Shown: piece by piece, positions 8,412-19,717 of the stretch
How the letters are laid out: each line of letters opens with the position of its first letter
Numbering within the stretch: the stretch's first letter is position 1
Virus record (IMG/VR): IMGVR_UViG_3300008120_009089
Origin: an uncultured virus (IMG/VR IMGVR_UViG_3300008120_009089)
Lineage: Duplodnaviria; Heunggongvirae; Uroviricota; Caudoviricetes
DNA: 64,000 nt
Direction: 5' to 3' (one strand)
Program-made: the position numbers and the translations under genes
The notes under the pieces: model-generated
Told to the model about the DNA's origin: nothing
The model's input: only the letters and a program-made list of their open reading frames with translations
Database searches by the model: none

Positions 8412-11400
8412 TTAGTCATACGCTATGTTTGTCCAACTCGATGGTGGTCTTGATTCAGGCCCATACTCATCTGCTCCATAACCAGGCACCCATTCCACTC
8501 CTATAAATGGTGAATCTTCTGATGTATATGTTGGCCATGAATTGTAAACTACACTCCAATAGTCAGTATTACCACCATATGTTGGTTCTGGTATAACAAT
8601 ATTAACAGGTGGATCAAATGGCACATCAAACGGTGTAATATCAGTTGAATCAACCCATAATTCACTTGATAACCCAGGTAAACCAACATTTTGATAAGTT
8701 TCTTCTAAATATTGATTTCTTTCTATTCTATCAAATTTAGGAGTTAATTCGATGAATCTATAAGCATATTGATTTTCTCTTCTATAAGTTCTTTTACTAA
8801 CAAGTGGTGCTTGTACAGAATTATTAATATTTTCATTTGTAAAATATTTAAAGAATGGTATCATATCAACCTCAAAGAAATTTAAATTATCTATAACAAA
8901 TTCCGAAATATTCTTACCACTATCACCAGATCCTCTAAATGACATCATTAAGTCTCTTTTATTAAAGAAGTATTCTACTTTCTTCTTATTTGGTGTTAAA
9001 ATATGATTAACATTTTTATAAACAGGTAAATAAGATGCTTCTACTGTATTTGTTATGAAGGTATTTAATGTTGGATAAATAATCTTTTTAGATATAACGT
9101 TTAAGTTACCAAAGTGTAAAATTGGTAATTCCATAGGTCTTGGATTATACTCAGATGATCTACCAACATAATTATTTTCAACTACATCTTTATTAACTAG
9201 ATCAAACTCAATCATAGTGTATCTATTTTGTTCTAATTTATCAGTATCTCTATTACCAACATCTTCAAGTGGATTCTGTAAATTTAGAACACCTCCATCA
9301 TATCTGGCTGAAACTTTCAACTCTTTCCCCTTTATCGGAAGAATTGTTGTAAAGAATCCACCAATTAGATCTTTAGCTTCATTTCTGGAGAAGGTAATAT
9401 ATGATCCGGATGATGATGATGTACTCCATTTCCAACCAAGATCTTTAAACTTTTGTGAGTTTGGTCTAAAGTATTCAGAGAATTTACCAGAATCCCCTAT
9501 GTAATCATTAAAAACTTTATATTTTGTTCCTAATTTATAATTTCTAATAGATGTTGAAAAACTATCTCTAAATTTAGAAACACTTGATAAAACATCATAG
9601 GTTATATAACCATATAAATTATTATTTGATATGTTATTATCTGTTAGAGCATCATAATCAGTTAAAGGTTTAAATATATTAGTAGCTGAACTTTGATCAT
9701 ATACAACATCAATCCAAGAGTTATATGCAAAAATACTTCTATCATCTGTATTATTAATAGTAGTCGCTTTTGAAACATTTAATGAATCAAATTGCATATT
9801 TTGTATAAGTCCGGTGTTTTTATAAGATCTTACTTTACCAACAAAATTTCTATTTGTGAGGAAATAAACAATTGAGTTTGAGGAAAAGATATTTGTTTCA
9901 ATAGTTCTACCATCTATTACAGTATTCACCTTTGTTTTACCAAACATAATTGAATCTACACTATCATCTTCAAATTCACTAACATATATCTCATCACCAA
10001 CATTTAAAGAATGTGTTGCACTTAAAGTTATATTAATAAATCTACCTCTTAATCCAGTTGATGAATTTGTTAGTCCAATATTACCTGATGAATATGTGAA
10101 TGAAATAATATTTGATTTAAAGTGACCACCAGATAACTCACCATCTATCCATTGAGTATCAACCATTTTAGTAGTATGTGGTAATCCATAGAAGCTACCG
10201 TTTGTCCAAACACCACCATTAAAATATCCATTGAAGAAATTACCACTTAACCAAATATTTTTAGTTACGTAAATAAAATGATAAGGTGAATCTTTTTCAA
10301 CTCTTCTTAATGGAAAATCATATTCAAACTCAACTAATAATGTATTATTAGTTTTACTTATCACAGTATAATAATTTCTAATAAGTTTTCTTTCATTGTT
10401 TATATCTATAGCAACTATATTAGAAATAGATATTTTATCTCCAACATTAAAATTATTAACATTATATGATGGTCCAGAGATTGTTAATCTCCATTTTTTA
10501 TCTCTATTATATGAGTAGAATTGACTCACATCAAAAAAGTTTCTAACACTTCTATCTTCTCTATAACCATTTATCCAATTACCATCCTCCCATATACCAG
10601 ATTTAAATTTACCGGTTCCAACTTTTGTCTTTATGGTAGAATAAGTTATTGATCTTACAGCATTTAAAGTATTACCAACTCCTATATTATAATAAAACTT
10701 TGGAGTTTCTATATAATCATATGAGTCGAATAGTCCAAATCCATAGTTTAGATAACCAGTAGGAAAACTATTTGTACCAACGGATAATAATGTATTATTT
10801 TGGATATGATAGGTTTCTTCGATTTTTAAATCTGTTAATGATGCGACAATGTATGTTGCTCCAGTTGTTTGAGGCACTGTATCCCCAACGAATATTAGAT
10901 ATTGATTTCCTTGTAAACCATAGAATGTATAATCTTTATCTGTAACACTATAAGTTAAAGATCCTAAATAATTTTGACTTGAATTATCATCAAATAAAAA
11001 TTCTATTGTCCATGTATTTAATTTACCAACATCTAACCCAGCGTCATCTTTTATGTAAAGTGTCCAGTTACCTACTATACTATCTGATGAATTTAATAGT
11101 TTTCTAATATCCTGTGTATTTGATCTATAAGCACCATATCCAACACCAACATCTTTTTTCATTCTAAATGTATCAGTAAAAGGAGCTGATCCTTTAGATA
11201 TACTATTTTTAGTATCATCTGATGTGAAAACGGTTGATTTTAAATTATCACTATTTCCTTTTTCTCTATTAAATAAATTTATAACTTTACCAATACCTTG
11301 AACATCATTAGCTGCTGGACCTTTTAGATTTAAAATTAAATCACCATCCCAAGTATGATCTATATTAACTGTTACCTTAATCTCTTTTAATGTAGTAGCA

Positions 11401-12947
11401 CTAGTTAAGTAATTATTTGAATCTAATGGTACACTAATTGTATCAGTTGTTGTTCCCCAATCTGCTATTGTTAAATTTGGTGACGATGATGCTATATAAG
11501 TAGCAATTGGTCTTTGTGAAGGAAGTCTACTAGATAAATAAAATTTTATACCAATATTATCATTTCTTGTATTCTTATACTTAAATGATAAATTGAATTT
11601 ATCATAATTTATAAACTTAGCAATATAATTATTTTTTCTAAATCCTTCATGTGGACTTTTTGAATACCCATTCAAACCACTACCAGAGTTAACTGTCTCT
11701 GTTGACCTATTTGGTGTAACAAGACCAATTACATCTGATTCATCATCTGGATGAAATCCAAATCTATCATACCAGTTTGGTATATCAACTGTTGGACCAT
11801 TTGACCATGGTCCACCAACAGGCATATTAAAATAAGGTTCATTTGCTAATCCTTTATATAAAGCAGCTCCACTTGGAAATACTATACTTTGCCAATTTGT
11901 TGTTGTTGATTTTGGTCTATCATACCAAATATATCTATTTTGAGCAACATACCAACCGTTACCAAATAAATTACCTCCTTCAGTCCATGGTTTAGCTGAA
12001 AAAGTTGATCTTGTAGTAGGTGGAGTGAAAGGTGTGGTAATAACCTCAGTTTTAAATAAACTAACATATGAAAATCCTTGTATTAACCAATCCGTTTCAT
12101 TTACGGAGTATGATACAATACCTTCACCTGTATTAAGATGATTTCCAGATGTTTGATTACCATTTCCCTTAAATTCCGTATATCTATGATTAGATATAGT
12201 TATAAGATTGTTATAGGTTGTATTTGCGTGACTATTTCCGAATAAAATATTTGAATAAAAAGTTGATGGTCTTTCTGATAAAAAAGAACTAACATCTTCT
12301 TTCGGAGTCGAGTAATAGTGAAATGTGAAAATTCTACCAGAACCATCAACAGAATTTAGTGTATCTAAACTAGCTTTACTTTCAAAGTAAGCCCAAGGTA
12401 TTATAAATGTATCAGATTTTTTAAAATCATAATCGGTTAAATCTGATCCATTTATATTTTGTCTATAATCTTTATAAAATGTTTTATCAGCTAATAACTC
12501 AGCTTTATCTCCAATTGGAGTAACTAAATACAAAGCTGGTGATCTCCACTGTCTTGCATAAGTTGTATTTTCACCAATTTGTAAGTAGTTCATCATAACA
12601 GTATTAAATTGATAAACTTTATCCTTTTTGAAACTTTTTGGAGTCGTATTATAAAAGCCAATAGCTTTTTGTAGCATATGTGCTTGTGTATAGTTTTCAG
12701 AAATAGGAGGTAAAGTGGAAATACCCGGTCTATTATACCAGAATGTTATATCACTATTTGATTGTGTGTAAATCAATGGATTTACTCTCAATGCCATGAA
12801 AGATGCCTCATTTGGACTATCTTTATATTTCATCAAAGAATAAGTCCAACCGAAGTTTTTTTGAGTATCTGCTATTACTGTTGTTATACCAGATGGTAAA
12901 GAACCACCTATGTATGTATCTCTATTTATATTTTGTGACCAACCCAT
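8412..12947 (-). CDS. Large virion/tail-associated protein with P-domain and W/G repeats
   Basis: 1511 aa; proprotein-convertase P-domain (IDHTWDGDLILNL..GNWTLYIKD..DVGKLNTWTIEF); G-x-W/F repeats; late motif upstream. Confidence 0.65.
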   Translation of the reverse strand: MGWSQNINRDTYIGGSLPSGITTVIADTQKNFGWTYSLMKYKDSPNEASFMALRVNPLIYTQSNSDITFWYNRPGISTLPPISENYTQAHMLQKAIGFYNTTPKSFKKDKVYQFNTVMMNYLQIGENTTYARQWRSPALYLVTPIGDKAELLADKTFYKDYRQNINGSDLTDYDFKKSDTFIIPWAYFESKASLDTLNSVDGSGRIFTFHYYSTPKEDVSSFLSERPSTFYSNILFGNSHANTTYNNLITISNHRYTEFKGNGNQTSGNHLNTGEGIVSYSVNETDWLIQGFSYVSLFKTEVITTPFTPPTTRSTFSAKPWTEGGNLFGNGWYVAQNRYIWYDRPKSTTTNWQSIVFPSGAALYKGLANEPYFNMPVGGPWSNGPTVDIPNWYDRFGFHPDDESDVIGLVTPNRSTETVNSGSGLNGYSKSPHEGFRKNNYIAKFINYDKFNLSFKYKNTRNDNIGIKFYLSSRLPSQRPIATYIASSSPNLTIADWGTTTDTISVPLDSNNYLTSATTLKEIKVTVNIDHTWDGDLILNLKGPAANDVQGIGKVINLFNREKGNSDNLKSTVFTSDDTKNSISKGSAPFTDTFRMKKDVGVGYGAYRSNTQDIRKLLNSSDSIVGNWTLYIKDDAGLDVGKLNTWTIEFLFDDNSSQNYLGSLTYSVTDKDYTFYGLQGNQYLIFVGDTVPQTTGATYIVASLTDLKIEETYHIQNNTLLSVGTNSFPTGYLNYGFGLFDSYDYIETPKFYYNIGVGNTLNAVRSITYSTIKTKVGTGKFKSGIWEDGNWINGYREDRSVRNFFDVSQFYSYNRDKKWRLTISGPSYNVNNFNVGDKISISNIVAIDINNERKLIRNYYTVISKTNNTLLVEFEYDFPLRRVEKDSPYHFIYVTKNIWLSGNFFNGYFNGGVWTNGSFYGLPHTTKMVDTQWIDGELSGGHFKSNIISFTYSSGNIGLTNSSTGLRGRFINITLSATHSLNVGDEIYVSEFEDDSVDSIMFGKTKVNTVIDGRTIETNIFSSNSIVYFLTNRNFVGKVRSYKNTGLIQNMQFDSLNVSKATTINNTDDRSIFAYNSWIDVVYDQSSATNIFKPLTDYDALTDNNISNNNLYGYITYDVLSSVSKFRDSFSTSIRNYKLGTKYKVFNDYIGDSGKFSEYFRPNSQKFKDLGWKWSTSSSSGSYITFSRNEAKDLIGGFFTTILPIKGKELKVSARYDGGVLNLQNPLEDVGNRDTDKLEQNRYTMIEFDLVNKDVVENNYVGRSSEYNPRPMELPILHFGNLNVISKKIIYPTLNTFITNTVEASYLPVYKNVNHILTPNKKKVEYFFNKRDLMMSFRGSGDSGKNISEFVIDNLNFFEVDMIPFFKYFTNENINNSVQAPLVSKRTYRRENQYAYRFIELTPKFDRIERNQYLEETYQNVGLPGLSSELWVDSTDITPFDVPFDPPVNIVIPEPTYGGNTDYWSVVYNSWPTYTSEDSPFIGVEWVPGYGADEYGPESRPPSSWTNIAYD

Positions 12948-12984
12948 ATTCTATATATTAAAATTATATTACTATTATCAAAAA

Positions 12985-15900
12985 TTAATCATAACTAATA
13001 TTTGTCCAATTTGAAAATGGGTCTGAAGATGGTTCCGAAAAACTTGTGAATTCCCAGTTAGCATTTGGAATAGCCGTATTATTGTTATTATTAACTCCAA
13101 ATACACTAAAATCTGTACTCCAATTTTCATTCCATGTTTCTGGATTGAATGAACCATCGCCAGAACTTTCGTCGGTAATTACCCAAGGTGTTATATTTGT
13201 TTCTGGTCTTGGTGGTCTGAATGTATATGATGTTCCTTCGTTTGGATCATAATATGTTCCAAAATTATAAGATGATGTATTTTCAACTGTTATATCAAAA
13301 CTAATATCACTAGATCCACCATCACTTATTTGATTAATTACCTTTGATGAATTTTTAAATAAATTCCAAATATGTACTTCATTTCGACCATAAGATTGAC
13401 CGTCTGGTGGTGGAACCAAAGAATATGTTCCATTTACGTAGTCATATGGTTGTGTGGCAACAGAATTACCATTATCTCTCAATCCACGTTTTAATATATT
13501 ATAAGTAAATTCATTGTTTACATAACCAACATAGTCAAAATTTGATCCATACCAGTTACCATTTTTCCAAGTACCTCCTTCCCAAATAACATTATAAGCA
13601 TTCATAAAATTAGAAACACCATTATAAAAAATCATACCCCATGCAGTACCACTAATGAAATTACCATTTAACCATCTCGACATATAAAAATCACTATCTA
13701 TAAAATCACCAGTTACCCAATTTGATTTATCTGGTATTGAATTATTAGTAGCATTAGTACTATTAAAGTTAGGAGTAAATGAATAATCACTATTCGTAGT
13801 ATTTAACTTTAGCGGATATTCATCATTATTAGATCTAATTACATATGGATTAAAAGAACTATATTGAAATGTACCTTTATTAAATGTCCCGGTTAACCAA
13901 ACACTATTTTTAAACGTACCGTTATCACTACTAAATGTACCAGATAACCACAAAACTTTATCAAAATTTATTGAGTTATAAACTTTTGGAATTTTATTTC
14001 TAACATAAAAAGCTTTTTCTGATAAATATCTCCATTTATTATTTGTAGCAATTCCATCTACCCACAATCCATAAAAACTTTGCGTATATGAATCTACGAA
14101 TTTAGAAGCATTTGAATTCTGATAATTATTTATATCTAGATTACCAATTGCTGAGAAGGTTGAGCTACCTTTGAAGTTACCACCAGTGAATAATCCATTA
14201 TTCCAAATTTTACCTTTGAAGTCACCACCATTAAATATACCGTAATACCATGTTGAGTTATCTCCAGTTGATGAGTTACCAAATTCACCATCGTTAAATG
14301 TACCATTCTCCCAAGAGTAAGTTAACTTGTCTTCTGAGTTATTATAAAATAAACCACTTTGGCTACATCCATAAGTAGATATAAATCTACCACCATTAAA
14401 TGTACCATTTTTCCACTTAGCATAATTTGTAAATTGTCCTCCATTAAATGTACCATTATACCAAGTTGCATAGTTATTTCTATCTATTGTATAATCAAGA
14501 GTATTGTATTTAAATGTTAATTCCCACTCAAATAAGTATCCAATATCATATAGTGAATTATCAATGATTATCAATTCCCAATTTCCATTAAATGTATTAT
14601 CAAAATTTAATAATTCAGTTGAGTTAATTGTATTGGATAGGAAGCTATATGTTCCAAAAGTACCAATACCAAGTGATTTACTCATTCTAAATTTCAAATA
14701 AGGTGGGTTATCATTATTGTAGTATTGTGGTAAGACTGATGTTAATATTGGATTTGAATCATTTGTAGTAAAAACAATCGAGTCATTGGATTTAAAGTCA
14801 TTATCACTTCCTATATTATAGTCTTTAACATTTATAATTTTACCATTTGGGGATTTTAAATTTATCAATATATCACCTATATAAGTATGATTGATTTTAA
14901 CTTTTAATTCTATATCAAAAGGAAGTTCAGGATTTACAATAACATCATATACTGTACTTGATAAACTTTGAGTTGATACTAAAAATCCCTGTGTTCTTTG
15001 ATCATTCCAAATATTACTAAAATTAGTTTGGTTTATAGACATACCATTACTACCATTTGGATTTGCAGTTGCGTTTAATGGGACAACATGATTAGAGTAT
15101 GTTGATCCACCAACATAAATATATAATCTTTCGTAATAAGAACCAAAAACACCATTATTAAATATACCATCATACCAGTTTATATTATAAATATCACCAC
15201 TTTCAGTTGCTCCTAAATAATTTGGACTTTTAGCATATAGTGTGGCATTATTAACAGTTGCATAAAGAATATCTCCATTATAAATAACTGTTGATTCAGC
15301 CGCTGATTTTGGCTCACCAATTTGTCCGTTACTAAACGTACCTTTGTAGAACTTAGAATAATTAAATATACCATTCTTAAATACACCATCCTCCCAATCA
15401 CTCTTAAAGAATATTCCATCTTTAAATTCTCCTTTGACCCAAGAGTATCTAAAGTTTGAAACAGTTGCTGTTACAACACCATCTATGTGATATGATTTTA
15501 TTCTATTATCATAATAATATTTCTTATCAATAGTACCATTACCATCAAATGATCTTGAGTTGTAAAAAGTTCCATTAGTAAATACACCATCATACCATTG
15601 AGATTCTTTAATAACACCTTTATTGAAACCAAAGTTATTTAAAAATGAGTTTTGTATTATACCATCTTGCCAAACATCATTACCTCCGATAAAAAATGAA
15701 TTTAAATAAGTTGCTGATGATAATATATTATTATTATTACTAAAAATTGTATCACTTATAATCAAACTTCTAATCTTCTCAAGATTGAAAAAATCTTTAT
15801 CGGATGAATCATAATTATCATTTTTTATCAATGAACTATTCATATATCCTCTTTTAAATAGCCCAGATTTTATTTTACTCTTATAGAATTTAACTTTGCT

Positions 15901-18438
15901 TAGATAATTATATCTGTTTCTTGAATTATTTGTTTCAAAATATCCACCAGCTGTTAATCCGGATAATATATTAGTACCAATTTCTTTAAGTGTTAATTTG
16001 TTAACATCAATTGATAATACTTCGTATGAATCAGGTATTCTTTTAACTACACCACCATTTATATAATCAACTGAGTTTAAATAAACAACATCACCAATTT
16101 TAAAACTAAATTCTTTATTTTTTTCAGATACATATTGTGTATTAGTAACAATTAAAGTACTATTAACGGTATTTAAAGATATTCTATAAGTACCACTTCC
16201 TGTTAATGATGATATATTAACATCGTTGTTATAGTTTATATAATAACCACTATTCCAATCAGATGTTTCTAAAATACCACTATCAAAGTTTGAATTTATT
16301 ATAAATGCTTTTGATATATCAATTAAGTTACCTATATATGTTGATTGTGTACCAGGATTAGAATTATAGTTAAAATTAAATTCTGTTGAATCCACATCTC
16401 TATTTATAACATCTTGTATAGATACTAAAATATCAACTGAATAGTAATTTGAGTTTGTATTTGTTTTGATTATTCCAGTTGATTGAGCAACTATACTAGC
16501 AGTTGATGATAAAGTAGCACTTATCATCATTTGTAAATCAACAGATGCGGTTAAACTGTTTAAAACATAACTATTTTCTTCAGGTGTTGATAAATAAGCA
16601 TTATACTCAAATCCTCTTTTATAGAAATTAGCCACTGTATTATCTCTTTCATATGTATAATCATCGTTTATAAAAGACTCTGTATATTCATCGTTAAAAT
16701 CAACCCAAGTTCCAATTTTAAATTTTTTATCAAAGAAATTTATTGGAATTTTTGAATTATTATTTATGTTTATACCCTTTAAATAGAAATAATCATCTAA
16801 TTTAAGTTTTTTGTAGTCTTTTTCATCAATATAAAATTTGAATAATTTGTGTGTTGTTCTTGAATTTTGTAAGCTAAATGGACTAGATAGTTTTATTATA
16901 CTATAAGTACTTGATCCGGTTGGGTTATTTGCTAGATTAGTGTATCTATATTCTGAAACATTCCACTCATCGTAAGCTTTTATCTTAATAGAATCTTCCG
17001 AAATATAAGTAGAGTCTTTGACTACACTATCAATAACTTGGGAATTTACAATTCTACTATTTGTTATTTTACTATCAACTAACTTAGAGTTAATTAAAGT
17101 TGAATTGTCAATTAATAATGAATTAAATTGTCCATCTTCAAAGTATCCTTTTTGAATAGATATATCAAAACTTTGTGTAGCAGAATTTAAGTGATTTTTT
17201 AAAACTTTCTTAGTATTTGTACCACCTAATTTAGCATTTATTATTGTACCATTTTCAATATTAGCTTTTAATATACTAGAATCTATAATAAAGTTAAACC
17301 CTTTACCACCATTATTATTAGTATTACTTTTTTGAATTGGATCACCAGAACTATCTAGTGTTGTTGTATAGTTTTGACCAGCAATTGTTATTTTTGAATT
17401 TAAATCACCATTTTCCCAAATTGTATTTAATAAAGTACCACCATTCCACTTAGATTTTATACCTTTCCACTGTATTCTCTTTTCCTGTATTCCATAAATA
17501 CCATTATTAAAAGTTCCAAAAAAATCACCACTTCTAAAGTTAGACTTACTAATTATTGGTTTTGAGAAAAGTTTATCAACTCCCCAATATGAATTTGTAG
17601 GTCCAGTAACCCATTCATAAATATTTCCTTCTTTGAAATCGGTTCCTTTATGAGTGAAATCACCACTCATAACCATTAGTCTATTATTTGAATAAGTTCC
17701 AAGAGCTGCTGAAAAAGAACCATAAAAGTATAACTCTTTTGATATATTAATCCAATAACCACTACCATTTCTAACAAAAAATCCTGGAGCACCTGTTAAA
17801 CCTAAACTAACACCATATCCAGCTATATTAGATATTGTACCTGCGGTATACTCTTCGTTATAAACTGGTTGATAAAAAACGTCATTAGAATCAGCATATA
17901 TCATATTATTTTGATACTTATCAAACTTATAGTTAAGTTGACCTCCTCTTGATGATATTTGTTTATTAACATGTAAGAATTGTTCTCTTGTTGAAATTTT
18001 CCAAACTTTTACAAAGTCATCCTTTTTTTCAGTATCATTGAATGGTAAAACACCAGTGTAATCTATATCAAGAACTATCTTACATTTATCAACATAAAGA
18101 ACTATATAACCATCTCTACCAGATTTATACTTATCATCCTTAATCAATAAATCACTATCATAATATCCATTTATTATAAATACTCTATCACCAACTTGTA
18201 TATTTGAATTAACCTCTGTATAAAATAATGTTTTATTTATATCATTGACAGTATATGGTTCTACCCAGTTTACCAAACGAGGACTTGCGTAACCATTCGT
18301 TCTTTCCTCTAATATTTGAAAATTATCAAAATAAGCTAAATTATATTGCAATGGATCAACAAAAGTACCTAACTGATAATCCACAGCTGAAACTAAATAT
18401 GGTTTATTTCTAATGATGTTTTGTGAAGGTAATGGCAT
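12985..18438 (-). CDS. Large virion/tail-associated beta-helix-like protein with inserted P-domain
   Basis: 1817 aa; many [WF]xxGx pentapeptides; INHTYIGDILINLKSPNG...GNWELIIID...GYLFEWELTF. Confidence 0.65.
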   Translation of the reverse strand: MPLPSQNIIRNKPYLVSAVDYQLGTFVDPLQYNLAYFDNFQILEERTNGYASPRLVNWVEPYTVNDINKTLFYTEVNSNIQVGDRVFIINGYYDSDLLIKDDKYKSGRDGYIVLYVDKCKIVLDIDYTGVLPFNDTEKKDDFVKVWKISTREQFLHVNKQISSRGGQLNYKFDKYQNNMIYADSNDVFYQPVYNEEYTAGTISNIAGYGVSLGLTGAPGFFVRNGSGYWINISKELYFYGSFSAALGTYSNNRLMVMSGDFTHKGTDFKEGNIYEWVTGPTNSYWGVDKLFSKPIISKSNFRSGDFFGTFNNGIYGIQEKRIQWKGIKSKWNGGTLLNTIWENGDLNSKITIAGQNYTTTLDSSGDPIQKSNTNNNGGKGFNFIIDSSILKANIENGTIINAKLGGTNTKKVLKNHLNSATQSFDISIQKGYFEDGQFNSLLIDNSTLINSKLVDSKITNSRIVNSQVIDSVVKDSTYISEDSIKIKAYDEWNVSEYRYTNLANNPTGSSTYSIIKLSSPFSLQNSRTTHKLFKFYIDEKDYKKLKLDDYFYLKGININNNSKIPINFFDKKFKIGTWVDFNDEYTESFINDDYTYERDNTVANFYKRGFEYNAYLSTPEENSYVLNSLTASVDLQMMISATLSSTASIVAQSTGIIKTNTNSNYYSVDILVSIQDVINRDVDSTEFNFNYNSNPGTQSTYIGNLIDISKAFIINSNFDSGILETSDWNSGYYINYNNDVNISSLTGSGTYRISLNTVNSTLIVTNTQYVSEKNKEFSFKIGDVVYLNSVDYINGGVVKRIPDSYEVLSIDVNKLTLKEIGTNILSGLTAGGYFETNNSRNRYNYLSKVKFYKSKIKSGLFKRGYMNSSLIKNDNYDSSDKDFFNLEKIRSLIISDTIFSNNNNILSSATYLNSFFIGGNDVWQDGIIQNSFLNNFGFNKGVIKESQWYDGVFTNGTFYNSRSFDGNGTIDKKYYYDNRIKSYHIDGVVTATVSNFRYSWVKGEFKDGIFFKSDWEDGVFKNGIFNYSKFYKGTFSNGQIGEPKSAAESTVIYNGDILYATVNNATLYAKSPNYLGATESGDIYNINWYDGIFNNGVFGSYYERLYIYVGGSTYSNHVVPLNATANPNGSNGMSINQTNFSNIWNDQRTQGFLVSTQSLSSTVYDVIVNPELPFDIELKVKINHTYIGDILINLKSPNGKIINVKDYNIGSDNDFKSNDSIVFTTNDSNPILTSVLPQYYNNDNPPYLKFRMSKSLGIGTFGTYSFLSNTINSTELLNFDNTFNGNWELIIIDNSLYDIGYLFEWELTFKYNTLDYTIDRNNYATWYNGTFNGGQFTNYAKWKNGTFNGGRFISTYGCSQSGLFYNNSEDKLTYSWENGTFNDGEFGNSSTGDNSTWYYGIFNGGDFKGKIWNNGLFTGGNFKGSSTFSAIGNLDINNYQNSNASKFVDSYTQSFYGLWVDGIATNNKWRYLSEKAFYVRNKIPKVYNSINFDKVLWLSGTFSSDNGTFKNSVWLTGTFNKGTFQYSSFNPYVIRSNNDEYPLKLNTTNSDYSFTPNFNSTNATNNSIPDKSNWVTGDFIDSDFYMSRWLNGNFISGTAWGMIFYNGVSNFMNAYNVIWEGGTWKNGNWYGSNFDYVGYVNNEFTYNILKRGLRDNGNSVATQPYDYVNGTYSLVPPPDGQSYGRNEVHIWNLFKNSSKVINQISDGGSSDISFDITVENTSSYNFGTYYDPNEGTSYTFRPPRPETNITPWVITDESSGDGSFNPETWNENWSTDFSVFGVNNNNNTAIPNANWEFTSFSEPSSDPFSNWTNISYD

Positions 18439-18476
18439 TCAACTAATATATTTTTTATTATATATTAAAATTTAAA

Positions 18477-18528
18477 TACTTTCTAATAAACTTATTTTTA
18501 TTACTTTCTAATAAACTTATTTTTATTA
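18477..18528. repeat. Perfect 25-bp tandem duplication in a divergent promoter region
   Basis: TACTTTCTAATAAACTTATTTTTAT at 18477-18501 and 18502-18526. Confidence 0.9.
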
Positions 18529-18534
18529 TCTTTG
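18527..18534 (+). promoter_or_regulatory. Bacteroidota-type -7 promoter box TAnnTTTG (representative copy)
   Basis: Intergenic copies just upstream of starts at 18527, 26769 (+) and 38765, 44723, 45049, 46709, 48886, 55094, 59341 (-). Confidence 0.75.
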
Positions 18535-18544
18535 TATATTATTT

Positions 18545-19264
18545 ATGTCTATGAAAAAAATATTAATATTTACTGGTGCTGGAGTTTCTAAAGAGTCGGG
18601 AGTTGAAACCTTTCGTGATTCTGATGGTCTTTGGTATAACTTCAAAATTGAAGATGTAGCAACCTTAACTGGTTGGAGAAAAGATAAAAATCGTGTTTTG
18701 GATTTTTATAACCAACGTCGCGCTCAAATGAAAGATGTCTATCCAAATGATGCTCATAAAATAATTGCTGAGTTAGAAAAAGATTATAATGTAACTTTAG
18801 TTACTCAAAATGTTGATAATCTACACGAAAGAGCAGGTTCTACTAATGTAATTCATTTACACGGTGAATTATCAAAAGCTAAATCTTCTTTCCCTGGATC
18901 AGATGAAACGTTTGATTGGGAAGGTGATATTAATATTGGTGATAAGTGTTCAAAAGGTTCTCAATTAAGACCAGCTGTTGTTTGGTTTGGTGAAAGTTTG
19001 AACTATAATTTATTATCAAAGGCAGAAGAAGCTGCTCAAAAGTGTGATATTTGTATTATTGTTGGAACATCAATGCAAGTAGCTCCTGCTAATTTACTAC
19101 CAACATTGGTGAAGGATACTTGTAAGATATATTATGTTGATCCTGCTGATGAAATGATTGTTTGGTCAGATTCTTATGGTTTGAGTAAGATTAATTATAC
19201 ACATATTAAAGAACCAGCAACAGTTGGTATGAAAAAAATTGTTGATATTTTAAAAAATGTTTAA
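18545..19264 (+). CDS. cobB: Sir2-family NAD-dependent deacylase (CobB-like)
   Basis: GAGVSKESGVETFR, FYNQRR, TQNVD.LHERAG, HLHG, RPAVVWFGE, VGTS. Confidence 0.93.
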   Translation: MSMKKILIFTGAGVSKESGVETFRDSDGLWYNFKIEDVATLTGWRKDKNRVLDFYNQRRAQMKDVYPNDAHKIIAELEKDYNVTLVTQNVDNLHERAGSTNVIHLHGELSKAKSSFPGSDETFDWEGDINIGDKCSKGSQLRPAVVWFGESLNYNLLSKAEEAAQKCDICIIVGTSMQVAPANLLPTLVKDTCKIYYVDPADEMIVWSDSYGLSKINYTHIKEPATVGMKKIVDILKNV

Positions 19265-19427
19265 GGTTAAGGATGTGGATACTTATTTATCAGAAAGAAG
19301 AAAAGATTTTCATAATGAAAAAATGAAAAAACTGGTTGAGGAGACTGAGGTAATGCTTAAAAAGATGTATTTAGTGAGAATTTCTCAGAGAAGAAAAAAG
19401 ATTATTGAATGGATATGGAAAAAGTAA
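19257..19427 (+). CDS. Small hypothetical protein (56 aa, not in ORF track)
   Basis: MFKVKD...QRRKKIIEWIWKK fills the gap and overlaps both neighbours. Confidence 0.55.
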   Translation: MFKVKDVDTYLSERRKDFHNEKMKKLVEETEVMLKKMYLVRISQRRKKIIEWIWKK

Positions 19428-19717
19428 AATTGTTACAACTACTTATTGATATTTTAGATTTAAGAGATGAAAAGATGAAAGCTATTAAATCTCAAAGATA
19501 TGAAGAAGGTGCCATACTCAGAGATAGAGAAAGAATTCTCGAAAGAATGTTTTACAAAGAAGTAATGGGGTGTGATGATAACTATCAAGACTTTGTTTAT
19601 AGTAAATATACCGAATGTGTTAAAGATTACTTAAAATCTGAATATAATTTAGATTATAATCATTATACAAAAACGGCTTTAATCAGAGAGATAAAATTAA
19701 TTGAGTTGGGTTTATGA
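19409..19717 (+). CDS. UVR (UvrB/UvrC, ClpC M-domain-like) motif protein with C-terminal tag
   Basis: LRDEKMKAIKSQRYEEGAILRDRE; ends REIKLIELGL. Confidence 0.7.
   Translation: MDMEKVKLLQLLIDILDLRDEKMKAIKSQRYEEGAILRDRERILERMFYKEVMGCDDNYQDFVYSKYTECVKDYLKSEYNLDYNHYTKTALIREIKLIELGL

Noticed and set aside
18545..19264. Sir2 as a Thoeris/DSR-type defence NADase
   Set aside because: Motifs and length match a stand-alone CobB-type deacylase with no partner domains.
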